The notes: a model not told the origin generated them from the letters alone. A DNA stretch of 61,409 nt from Candidatus Woesebacteria bacterium (GCA_016926185.1 JAFGPD010000036.1:1-61409); one strand, 5' to 3'. Positions 19,841 to 27,901 are shown, numbered from the stretch's first letter. Numbers and translations are program-made.

Positions 19841-20698
19841 ATGACAAAACTAGAAGAACTAACAACAAAATGCTCACCCAACTGGTGTCCGGGGTGTGGG
19901 AATATTGCTATCTGGGCAGCTTTCAAAAACTCTGCAGTAAAAAAAGGTTGGGACAACACCAACACAGCATTGGTTGCTGGAATTGGTTGCCATGGCCATA
20001 TCCTGAATTTTACTAAGATCACGTCTCTCGAAGGATTGCACGGAAGACCAGTTCCTGTTGCCACCGGAATTAAACTTGCCAACAACCGTCTCAACGTTTT
20101 TGCCTTTACCGGCGATGGAGATTGTCTGGGAGAAGGCGGAAATCACTTTGTTCATGCATGCCGCAGAAATCATGACATAAATGTATTTATTCATGATAAT
20201 GCAATATACGGATTAACAACCGGTCAAACTTCCCCAACTTCTCCCCACAACTATAAATCCAAATCCACCCCCCAAGGAAACCCTGATTATCCAATTAATC
20301 CAATAGCTGTGGCTATTGCATCAGGTGCAACCTTTGTTGCTCGAGCATACGCAGGAGATATCCAAGGAACAACAGATCTTATGATCAAGGCAAATGAACA
20401 TAAGGGAATTTCCATCCTGGACATTCTTCAACCTTGTGTTACTTGGAATAAAGAACAAACACATGATTTCTACCGAGCCAACACTTACTACTTAGGTGGT
20501 GATTATGATGTTAAAAATAAAGAAGCAGCGTTCAAAAAATCTCTTGAATGGGGAGAGAAACAGATCCCGATTGGTGTCTTTTATGAAGTCGACGAACCTT
20601 CCTACGAATCCCAAATCCCACAAGTTAAGGAAAATCCCCTCGTCGACAATAATCCCGTCCGCAAAGACCTAACTGATCTTTTTGAAGAGTTTGTGTGA
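19841..20698 (+). CDS. 2-oxoacid:ferredoxin oxidoreductase, beta (TPP-binding) subunit
   Basis: WCPGCGN...GIGCHGH...FTGDGDCLGEGGNHFVHACRRN...IHDNAIYGLTTGQ. The start lies 3 nt after the alpha stop. Confidence 0.85.
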   Translation: MTKLEELTTKCSPNWCPGCGNIAIWAAFKNSAVKKGWDNTNTALVAGIGCHGHILNFTKITSLEGLHGRPVPVATGIKLANNRLNVFAFTGDGDCLGEGGNHFVHACRRNHDINVFIHDNAIYGLTTGQTSPTSPHNYKSKSTPQGNPDYPINPIAVAIASGATFVARAYAGDIQGTTDLMIKANEHKGISILDILQPCVTWNKEQTHDFYRANTYYLGGDYDVKNKEAAFKKSLEWGEKQIPIGVFYEVDEPSYESQIPQVKENPLVDNNPVRKDLTDLFEEFV

Positions 20699-20779
20699 AA
20701 AACACAGTTTCCTGGCATCTATAGGCACTCCGGGCATAGCTAACGTCCGCGCTTCAGACTTAAGTGTTATACTGAGACA

Positions 20780-21169
20780 ATGTTTGTTGGCATAAACCAC
20801 GTAACCATAATTGTAAACGATAAAAAAAGAGCCAGTGATTTCTATTTCAACATCTTAGGGTTTGAAAAAGTTGATATTGGCAAGTCGTTATGGGCAAAAG
20901 TTGGCAAACAATATATTCATATCAATGAGAACTCGAAGCATGTAGTACAAAAGTCATTTCAACATTTTTCAGTTGAAGTTGACAATCTTCTTCCCTTTCT
21001 TGAACAGCTGATTAACAATGATGTAGATGTTTTTGATTTAGATGACAATAATAACAAAAAGGACATTAACATTAACCTAAACAAACAAATGAGGAATTAT
21101 TTTGTAAATGACCCCTTTGGCAATCTTATCGAGTTCATTGACTCAACAAACAAGTTCTTCAATCCGTAG
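20780..21169 (+). CDS. VOC/glyoxalase-family protein
   Basis: INHVTIIVNDKKRASDFYFNILGFEK...DPFGNLIEF matches the glyoxalase/bleomycin-resistance fold pattern. Confidence 0.7.
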   Translation: MFVGINHVTIIVNDKKRASDFYFNILGFEKVDIGKSLWAKVGKQYIHINENSKHVVQKSFQHFSVEVDNLLPFLEQLINNDVDVFDLDDNNNKKDININLNKQMRNYFVNDPFGNLIEFIDSTNKFFNP

Positions 21170-21218
21170 AAATTTATTACAAAATCTACGTAAACCCATA
21201 TTCTAGATAACTAACTTA

Positions 21219-21632
21219 TTAATGTTTGAGGTACTTCTCTAAAACCTTTCTTACTTTTGGTTCGTCATCTAATTCAATATCTGCCAGTTCCCTTTTGTCT
21301 AACCATTTATACGCTATGTGTTCTTCACTTAGCTTAGGATCCCTTTTCTGTACTAGTTTGTTTACAAAAAACACACAATATTTTATCTGCCATTTATCTT
21401 CGATTATTTTAATATCGAATGGTTTTAAACTCCCTATCTTATAACCAGTTTCTTCTTCAACCTCTCTTGCTATAGCTTTTCTCCAATCTCTTTCATCTTT
21501 TTCTAGTCTCCCTCCGGGCAATGACCACACTTCTGATCTTTTTCTCTGAAGAACTAACACTTTCCCAGTCTCATTCACAAGAAGGACATACTGTCCTATT
21601 TTGGCAAGTAAGTGCTTATCACCACTTTTCAT
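21219..21632 (-). CDS. NUDIX hydrolase
   Basis: Nudix box GGRLEKDERDWRKAIAREVEEETGY. Confidence 0.8.
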   Translation of the reverse strand: MKSGDKHLLAKIGQYVLLVNETGKVLVLQRKRSEVWSLPGGRLEKDERDWRKAIAREVEEETGYKIGSLKPFDIKIIEDKWQIKYCVFFVNKLVQKRDPKLSEEHIAYKWLDKRELADIELDDEPKVRKVLEKYLKH

Positions 21633-21637
21633 AAAAA

Positions 21638-22183
21638 TTAGATTCTATTTCTAACCAGTGTTAATAGGGATAGGAAACCCATATCTTTGATTTTTCCATC
21701 TTTTAACATCTTTTGAACTTCGTCTAAGTCTATAAGCTCATAATCTATATGTTCGTCATGTCCTAGTTCTTGTTCACCCTTATCCTCCTTGTTAATCCTA
21801 ACTAAAGCACCATAAGCTTTCATTGAACTAAATCCTGGTTGAGGGTAAAGTTCTCCAACCATTTCTGCCTTACCTATGTAACCAGTTTCCTCCTTTAGTT
21901 CCCGCTCTGCAGCCTCTTCTGGTGTTTCTCCCTCATCAAGCCAACCTGCAGGTAATTCATAAACAAAATCATCAACACCTCTCCTGTAATTTTTCTCCAC
22001 AACAATCCGGTCGCTATCGTCGATTGCAATTATCAACACATAATTTGGACGAGCCAAGTGGAAATAATCCTTGGCAACTTTCCCATTAGGCAATTCATAG
22101 TCATTTGAATATAACGACATCCACTTTGTTTCAAATATTGGCTTCGATTTTAGAAGTTTCCAACGCTTTTCTGACTTTTTCAT
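21638..22183 (-). CDS. NUDIX hydrolase (ADP-ribose pyrophosphatase-like)
   Basis: Nudix box PAGWLDEGETPEEAAERELKEETGY. Confidence 0.8.
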   Translation of the reverse strand: MKKSEKRWKLLKSKPIFETKWMSLYSNDYELPNGKVAKDYFHLARPNYVLIIAIDDSDRIVVEKNYRRGVDDFVYELPAGWLDEGETPEEAAERELKEETGYIGKAEMVGELYPQPGFSSMKAYGALVRINKEDKGEQELGHDEHIDYELIDLDEVQKMLKDGKIKDMGFLSLLTLVRNRI

Positions 22184-22233
22184 TCAAGTAATTATACCTA
22201 TTATTAGTAGCAGTTGCACAATATTATTGCTAC

Positions 22234-22935
22234 TTAGTAACCAGTAAAAACTTCGAACTTGAGGTTTCGTTGCTGCACTCCAAGATTTTTTACTGCCTTG
22301 ACCATGTCGGGGACAAAGCGTGGTGTTCCGGAAATATAAAATAAACTATTTTCCAAACTAGAAACCTTTTCTTTGATAAATTCCTCATCTATTCTCCTTT
22401 TTTCTCCTTCCCAGCTGTCATCTTGCGTCATCGTTGGGATAAATTTAAAATTGTCATCTTTCGCATATTCCCCCAGTTCATCCATAAATATTACCCAACT
22501 TTCTTTTGTGTTTGAGTAAACAAGCGTTGTGTCTAAGGAAAGCCCTTTTTCCTTCATTACCCTAAACATACTCATGTAAGGAACGATCCCTATCCCACCC
22601 GCTACTATCACCCAGGAAGTATTTTGATCTTCAGGTGATAACATCTCTCCACTCACTTCCCCAACCTCAACCTCAGTACCTTCAATCAATTCCGACAGAG
22701 ATCTTTTGAAGGCACTTGGTCCTTTGCGAACCACAGTTTCAATGACTTTATTATCACTTGGACTGTTAACAAAACCCACAAAACGCTCATTCCCACGCTC
22801 GTCTGTATATGAAGGGTCTATTAGCTTTAATTTAAAAAACTGACCTGCTTTGAAAATTATATTTTCTTCCAAAGAAAACTTTGTATAGAGTGTCCCTTCT
22901 GCGATTTCCTTTTTTTCAATTAACTTGGCTTTCAT
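22234..22935 (-). CDS. Ferredoxin-NAD(P)+ reductase-like flavoprotein (FAD/NAD-binding, no Fe-S domain)
   Basis: 233 aa with a beta-barrel N-terminus (GQFFKLKL), then VIVAGGIGIVPYMSMF (GGxGxxP) and YISGTPRFVPDM (CGP-like). Confidence 0.65.
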   Translation of the reverse strand: MKAKLIEKKEIAEGTLYTKFSLEENIIFKAGQFFKLKLIDPSYTDERGNERFVGFVNSPSDNKVIETVVRKGPSAFKRSLSELIEGTEVEVGEVSGEMLSPEDQNTSWVIVAGGIGIVPYMSMFRVMKEKGLSLDTTLVYSNTKESWVIFMDELGEYAKDDNFKFIPTMTQDDSWEGEKRRIDEEFIKEKVSSLENSLFYISGTPRFVPDMVKAVKNLGVQQRNLKFEVFTGY

Positions 22936-22947
22936 ATAAATACATCT

Positions 22948-23022
22948 GTCATTCCGTGCTTGACACGGAATCTATATAGATCCTGAATCAAGCCTACCTG
23001 TCGGCAGACAGGTTCAGGAAGA
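22948..23022. repeat. GTCATTC-type palindromic element (two hairpin units)
   Basis: GTCATTCCGTGCTTGACACGGAATCTATATAGATCC plus TGAATCAAGCCTACCTGTCGGCAGACAGGTTCAGGAAGAC. Hairpins are 22951-58/22964-71 (8 bp) and ACCTGTC/GACAGGT (7 bp). Homologous to 26892-26949 and 4708-4753. Confidence 0.75.
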
Positions 23023-23108
23023 CAAAAGGATCTCAAAAATTTTTTAAACAACCATCCTCTCGTTTTATACTTGAAATTTAGCCTACCTTTATATACTATG
23101 ATTAAAGT

Positions 23109-23417
23109 ATGGACGACGCAAACTCGTCTGCGCAAGCAGATCAAAATCAACAACAAAACCCGCCTGCAAGTAGTGATGATAAAGAAGTAACAATCGGAAA
23201 GTACAAAGTAAAAGTTGTACGTAATGCTTGTATTAGTGCTGCTTCTTGTGTTGCTCTTGCAGCAGGAACATTTAAGTTGGATGATGAAAGCAAAGCTGTC
23301 ATCCTAGAAGATAGTCAAGACTCAGAAGAAGCAATTCTAATGGCAGCCCAGTCTTGTCCAACAAAAGCAATCATTATTACAGACGCCGAAACAGGAAAGC
23401 AAGTTTGGCCGGAATAA
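23109..23417 (+). CDS. Mono-cluster ferredoxin ([3Fe-4S]/[4Fe-4S], CxxAxxC...CP type) with a disordered N-terminal tail
   Basis: VVRNACISAASCVALAAGTF...AAQSCPTKAI gives a C-x2-A-x2-C ... C-P pattern. Confidence 0.7.
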   Translation: MDDANSSAQADQNQQQNPPASSDDKEVTIGKYKVKVVRNACISAASCVALAAGTFKLDDESKAVILEDSQDSEEAILMAAQSCPTKAIIITDAETGKQVWPE

Positions 23418-23425
23418 TTTTCTTC

Positions 23426-24343
23426 ATGTCCAAAAACACCACCAAAGGAATTCAGCTCTCGCTAGTCACAGCTTTTATATCCGGGTTTTCTATTTTTATC
23501 AATAAATTTGCCGTAGGATCTATCACCCCTCCTCTTGTATTTACTACAGTTAAAAATCTCGGGGTTGGACTTTTTATAATTTCATTTCTTTTGTTATCGG
23601 GAAGGTGGAAACTTATTAAAAAGCTAAATAAAAAAGAGATATTAAACCTTCTTCTAATTGGAATTTTCGGCGGATCAGTTCCTTTTTATCTTTTCTTTGC
23701 GGGATTATCTAGAATTCCTGCTATTAATGCTGCCTTGATCCATAAAACTTTAGTTTTTTGGGTAGCCCTTCTCGCACTTCCCACCTTGAAAGAAAAACTT
23801 ACAAAAACTCAGATTCTGGCAATTATGCTTTTATTTTCTTCAAACTTAATCGTTGGAGGGTTTAAAGGTTTTGAGTATTCTGTTGGAGAACTTTTAGTTT
23901 TGGGAGCAACTATTCTTTGGGCACTGGAGAATGTTTTAGCAAAAAAGACTCTTAAAACTATCCATCCTGACATTGTAACGGCGGCACGAATGGGACTGGG
24001 GTCAATTATTCTTTTAATTGCTTCGGTAATTTTAGCTCCGGAGGGCTTAACTCAAGCTGCAAAACTTGATAATAGTCAATTGTTTTGGATAGTGATAACT
24101 ATGATCAGCTTATTAGGTTATGTTGCTAGCTGGTATCGAGCACTTAAACTTGCACCAGTAACTACAGTTGCTACTGTTTTGGTTTCTAGCACATTAGTCA
24201 CGAACATTCTCTCAGCTATCTTTATTACTCATGTTTTCAATTCAACACTAGTTATCCAAACAGCGTTGGTAACAACGGGAATTTGGTTTTTTATAAAGAC
24301 TTCAAAAGAAGCAGGTCCTTCAGCAACAAAAGCATTGAACTAA
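23426..24343 (+). CDS. EamA/DMT-family transporter
   Basis: About 10 TM helices in two EamA-like halves. I moved the start to the ATG at 23426, after the ferredoxin stop at 23417. The track ORF starts at 23354 inside the ferredoxin gene. Confidence 0.7.
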   Translation: MSKNTTKGIQLSLVTAFISGFSIFINKFAVGSITPPLVFTTVKNLGVGLFIISFLLLSGRWKLIKKLNKKEILNLLLIGIFGGSVPFYLFFAGLSRIPAINAALIHKTLVFWVALLALPTLKEKLTKTQILAIMLLFSSNLIVGGFKGFEYSVGELLVLGATILWALENVLAKKTLKTIHPDIVTAARMGLGSIILLIASVILAPEGLTQAAKLDNSQLFWIVITMISLLGYVASWYRALKLAPVTTVATVLVSSTLVTNILSAIFITHVFNSTLVIQTALVTTGIWFFIKTSKEAGPSATKALN

Positions 24344-25047
24344 TAAAGTGAAGAAAGAACTTCATTTGTCCATAAGTTAAGTTTTTCAATCTCTTTGTTA
24401 TCGAGTTTTTTTACAACCTGTTTCCAATGAACGACAACATAATCACCCTTTTTTAATCCCGGAATAAATTCTTTCCTATAAACATAATTACCCTCATGTT
24501 TGGTCAGTTTAAATTTATTTTTATTTTTTTTTAATGAATTGAGATCAACCTTTAATTTATCTTTACCAATAACTTCCACCCTCCCCCAACGGATCATACA
24601 GTTATTAATAGAGTGCATATTGTAGGGTACCGCACCGCTTGCCTTCCCCACTCCAACATGCAGAACCTGAAAAAGATGAGTTGGAATAAATTTCTTAGGT
24701 TTTTTGCTCCTCAATTCATCCACAAACCAGGGCGGAACTCCTTGCTTTTCAAAATGTTTCAAAAGAGTGTTGTAATCTTTGTCTTTAATCCTTTTTAACA
24801 GCTTATTTCCCAACCAATACGCTTCGGCAACTTGATAGTCATATTTATCTTTTCCAATCAGTTCAGAGATCGTTTCCAGATAAGGATTTAGTACGATAAA
24901 CTTTTCAATTTCTGATCTTACACCCCTGCAGCTTTTTCCCAATATACATTTTTTAAATCTTTCCGGAGCACTTCCTTTGCCACAGTATCCCAAGGAGTTG
25001 GGAGGAAGTGCAAATCGGCAATTCAATTGCAAAGCCTTCGTATCCAT
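24340..25047 (-). CDS. Cys-rich protein with a C-terminal HypC/HupF-like OB-fold domain
   Basis: N-terminal CRFALPPNSLGYCGKG...KKC...SCRG. The C-terminal NNCMIRWGRVEVIGKDKLKVDL...KKGDYVVVHWKQVVKKLDNKEIEKL parallels HypC (MCLAIPGQVKKIDG...GDxVLVHxGxAIxxLxxxEA). Confidence 0.6.
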   Translation of the reverse strand: MDTKALQLNCRFALPPNSLGYCGKGSAPERFKKCILGKSCRGVRSEIEKFIVLNPYLETISELIGKDKYDYQVAEAYWLGNKLLKRIKDKDYNTLLKHFEKQGVPPWFVDELRSKKPKKFIPTHLFQVLHVGVGKASGAVPYNMHSINNCMIRWGRVEVIGKDKLKVDLNSLKKNKNKFKLTKHEGNYVYRKEFIPGLKKGDYVVVHWKQVVKKLDNKEIEKLNLWTNEVLSSLY

Positions 25048-25066
25048 AATAGGCTATTATATCAGT

Positions 25067-25468
25067 ATGAAAGTATATGTTTTTGGAAATCAGGATTTCG
25101 CGGATGACACAATAGCACTTAAGGTTGCCGATAAGATTAAAGATAAACTTAAAAATATTGAGTTCGTTTTCGTAAATCCAAATGAAGACCTTCCCTTTGT
25201 GAGAAGAGAAAATGTTGTGATACTAGATACGATACAGGGAATTGACGAAGTCACAAAATTAACCGAAGAGGATCTGGACAAAATAAGACTTGAAAAAAGC
25301 GTTACAGCTCATGATTTTGACCTTGCCTTTCAGCTTAAATACTTAAAAAAACTTGGGAGGCTAGAAACGTTTACTATAATTGGCATACCACAAGATGGAA
25401 AAATTGACTACTTGCTTGTACAAAAAATGGTCAACATGTTATGTCATTCTGGAACGAAACGCAAGTGA
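25067..25468 (+). CDS. Hydrogenase maturation endopeptidase (HycI/HoxW-like)
   Basis: VFGNQDFADDTIALKV (GNxxxxDD), ILDT (Asp) and TAHDF (His) are the three metal-ligand positions. I moved the start to the ATG at 25067. The last ~9 codons and the stop lie inside repeat element 25442-25526. Confidence 0.75.
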   Translation: MKVYVFGNQDFADDTIALKVADKIKDKLKNIEFVFVNPNEDLPFVRRENVVILDTIQGIDEVTKLTEEDLDKIRLEKSVTAHDFDLAFQLKYLKKLGRLETFTIIGIPQDGKIDYLLVQKMVNMLCHSGTKRK

Positions 25469-25526
25469 AGTGATAGAATCTTTGTTTTTGAGATCCTATC
25501 GGTCGTTTTCTCCCTCCAGGATGACA
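25442..25526. repeat. GTCATTC-type palindromic element (85 bp, 11/12 terminal inverted repeat)
   Basis: TGTCATTCTGGA (25442-53) versus TCCAGGATGACA (25515-26). The 5' half is near-identical to 4663-4700. Confidence 0.75.
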
Positions 25527-25552
25527 GATAGGCATAATCCTCTAAGAAGAAA

Positions 25553-26878
25553 TTATTTACGAATCCAGTCGATCTTGAGAAAATTGGTAGCACAAGACAT
25601 GCAAGGGTCATAAGCTCGAATTATCTTTTCAGCATCTAGCCTAAGTTCTTCCTCACCTTTATCAAGATTTTCATTGAAATACTTTTTAAGGTCGTTTTCA
25701 ATGTTGATCTGATTTTGTGCGGTAGGAACTATCACATCATAATCAGTAATTTTACCTGACTCATCAACCTCGGCCATGTGATACAAAATTCCTCTCGGTG
25801 CTTCAACAACTCCCACTCCTACTCCCGCCTGATATGGTTTTTTAACAGGTTTTTCGTCGGTAACATTTACCGAATTCATTAGATAGATCGCGTCATTTAC
25901 AGCTTCCAAAATCTCTATAGCCTGAGCTAAATTATTGTGATAAACATTATTGGAAGGAAATACTTCTAAGTACTGACTTACCTGCTCTTTGGTCTCAGCT
26001 CTCAGCTTATCCTTATTAAGATTTATTCTTGCCAAAGATCCGACCAGATAGTCTTCGTGCGTATCGGAAAATGTGTAACCTTCCGCCTGAGAATAAGGAA
26101 TTACAACAGATTTCAAAAAACTACGAAACTCTGATTCAGGAACTCGTTTACCATCGGTATTTAATACATCACCTTCGAGATATTCGTATCTGTCTTCACT
26201 GCGCAATGCTAAATAATCCGAGTTGCGATCCAAGACGTCCGGCATCTTGAAAAACGCATCAATACCCCGAAGGACAGCAGGACGAATCTCTTCAAGTCTT
26301 TTTATTAGCTCAGGAAATTTTGAGACATCAGGCATCTTCAAAAATCCTCCAATAGTCGGCATTGGGGCATGTATTGCAGCACCGGCAATGAGATTACTGA
26401 TATCAGTACCCAGCTGTTTTATATCAAAAGAATCATGCAGCAGCTGATGTCCCCAATCATCATGATCGTCTGGAATGTCTAGGATCGAATCAATTCCCAA
26501 AAGATCAGGTAATACAAAAAAGTAAAGATGGAGAGCATGGTCTCGTATCATTAGTGCGTCATAGGTCAAACGTCTGAGGGTCATTGTTTGCTTACTAGGT
26601 GCTATCCCTTGTGATTTTTCTATAGCCTCAATTGCAGCGAAAAGATGGGCAACAGAACATGTCCCGCAAATTCTTGAAAGAAAAGAAGGAACAGATATTA
26701 TTGGCTTACCCTTCACAGCTTGTGTATAAAAACGACGGTAATCTTTAATAATAAACTTAAGGTCTTTTACAACATTGTCCTCTACCGTTACCTTAAGACC
26801 TGCGGTCCCTTCAATTTTGCTGATACTTTCAATTGTTATTTCACCACTATGCATATATTTTTCTAGAACCTTTTTCAA
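25553..26878 (-). CDS. [NiFe]-hydrogenase large subunit (divergent, cytosolic group-3-like)
   Basis: N-terminal RICGTCSVAH (RxCGxCxxxH) and C-terminal DPCMSCATN followed by a 9-aa tail. The track start is a TTG at 26878. The ATG at 26854 is an alternative start. Confidence 0.85.
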   Translation of the reverse strand: MKKVLEKYMHSGEITIESISKIEGTAGLKVTVEDNVVKDLKFIIKDYRRFYTQAVKGKPIISVPSFLSRICGTCSVAHLFAAIEAIEKSQGIAPSKQTMTLRRLTYDALMIRDHALHLYFFVLPDLLGIDSILDIPDDHDDWGHQLLHDSFDIKQLGTDISNLIAGAAIHAPMPTIGGFLKMPDVSKFPELIKRLEEIRPAVLRGIDAFFKMPDVLDRNSDYLALRSEDRYEYLEGDVLNTDGKRVPESEFRSFLKSVVIPYSQAEGYTFSDTHEDYLVGSLARINLNKDKLRAETKEQVSQYLEVFPSNNVYHNNLAQAIEILEAVNDAIYLMNSVNVTDEKPVKKPYQAGVGVGVVEAPRGILYHMAEVDESGKITDYDVIVPTAQNQINIENDLKKYFNENLDKGEEELRLDAEKIIRAYDPCMSCATNFLKIDWIRK

Positions 26879-26891
26879 AAACTAATATAAT

Positions 26892-26949
26892 TGTCATCCT
26901 GGACAAGATTTAAGGATCTATATAGATTCCGGATCAAGTCCGGAATGAC
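26892..26949. repeat. GTCATTC-type palindromic element in the hydrogenase small/large intercistronic spacer
   Basis: Its reverse complement, GTCATTCCGGACTTGATCCGGAATCTATATAGATCC..., matches 22948-22983, with a doubly compensated stem (GA/TC versus TG/CA). Confidence 0.75.
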
Positions 26950-26965
26950 GGTCTAAAAATTACAC

Positions 26966-27466
26966 TTACTCAACAACTTTAAATAATTTCAAATATTTAT
27001 TAAGCACTTCGAAAAATCTATCAACCCCCATTGGACAACCCGGAACCTCATCGTCAACTTTTATCACTTCAGCCAGTTTTCTGACCTTCTCTGAATAATC
27101 AAAATCTTCCATGTATCGTTTGATCCTTTCGTTTATGTCCTCTGAGGTGAACTCATTGCGACTTGCCGAAGGAAGCCCCGTACAGGCACAGGAACCAATG
27201 GCAACAAGATACTTTGAATTATCTCTTATTTTTTTAACTTCTTCCTCCTGTTTTTCGGAAGAAATGGCACCTTCAACAAAAGCGACGTCAAGATCGCGCA
27301 GTTCATTTTTTGTTTTTAAAACCTTGACATGCCTAAATTCCAAAAGCTTCTTCCATTCGTCAAAATGCTCATTTAGAAGCTCTGTGAACAAGATCGTCGA
27401 ATCCTCACAGCATGTGAACGAAAACCACCCAATCGCCATTTTTTTATTTTGATTATTTTCTTCCAT
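26966..27466 (-). CDS. [NiFe]-hydrogenase small subunit, minimal (proximal cluster only; NuoB/HoxY-like)
   Basis: 166 aa with only five Cys, in FTCCED, GSCACTG and PGCP arrangements. There are no medial or distal cluster motifs. Confidence 0.75.
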   Translation of the reverse strand: MEENNQNKKMAIGWFSFTCCEDSTILFTELLNEHFDEWKKLLEFRHVKVLKTKNELRDLDVAFVEGAISSEKQEEEVKKIRDNSKYLVAIGSCACTGLPSASRNEFTSEDINERIKRYMEDFDYSEKVRKLAEVIKVDDEVPGCPMGVDRFFEVLNKYLKLFKVVE

Positions 27467-27575
27467 AATTCTCTCAACCTAGACGATATATCACTATAAC
27501 ATTATAATGACTTAATATTAATATCAAACTCTTTAAAGTTTCTCATTTTCAGCTATTAGTTATTAATTAAATATC

Positions 27576-27779
27576 ATGTGTTTAGCAATACCAGGTCAGG
27601 TTAAAAAGATCGACGGACAAAAGATAACCGTAAAATATCCCGGTGAGGAAAGATTTGCTTTGTTGGGAAATGAGAAACTTAAAAAGGGAGATTGTGTAAT
27701 GGTGCAAATGGGAATCGTTATAAAGGTTTTATCTAAAAAAGAAGCCAAAGAATCCCTCAAAGCTTGGAAGTCTTCATGA
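27576..27779 (+). CDS. hypC: Hydrogenase assembly chaperone HypC/HupF
   Basis: MCLAIPGQVKKIDG...KKGDCVMVQMGIVIKVLSKKEA. The canonical N-terminal Cys2 is present. Confidence 0.85.
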   Translation: MCLAIPGQVKKIDGQKITVKYPGEERFALLGNEKLKKGDCVMVQMGIVIKVLSKKEAKESLKAWKSS

Positions 27780-27789
27780 TATCTTAACA

Positions 27790-27873
27790 GTCATTGCGAG
27801 AAAATGTGAATGACGAAGCAATCTGTTCGCACGAAATTGAGATCGCCGCGCTCATCTATTCGCTCGCGATTAC
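27790..27873. repeat. GTCATTGCGAG-type long imperfect palindromic element
   Basis: GTCATTGCGAG (27790-27800) versus CTCGCGATTAC (27863-27873) as imperfect terminal inverted repeats. The internal halves (..GACGAAGCAATCT / GAGATCGCCGCGCTC..) are also partly complementary. Confidence 0.6.
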
Positions 27874-27901
27874 ATGCCTTGAGATTCTTTCTAATAAAGA
27901 T

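Noticed and set aside
22932-23156. Small ORFs that are translations of palindromic elements (22932-23156 -, 25380-25613 +, 4507-4755 -)
   Set aside because: They are composed largely of repeat-element sequence or antisense tails. They have no coding support.
24977-25066. N-terminal extension of the hydrogenase protease ORF
   Set aside because: It overlaps the divergent gene 24340-25047. The protease family motif (VFGN..DD) begins right after the internal ATG at 25067.
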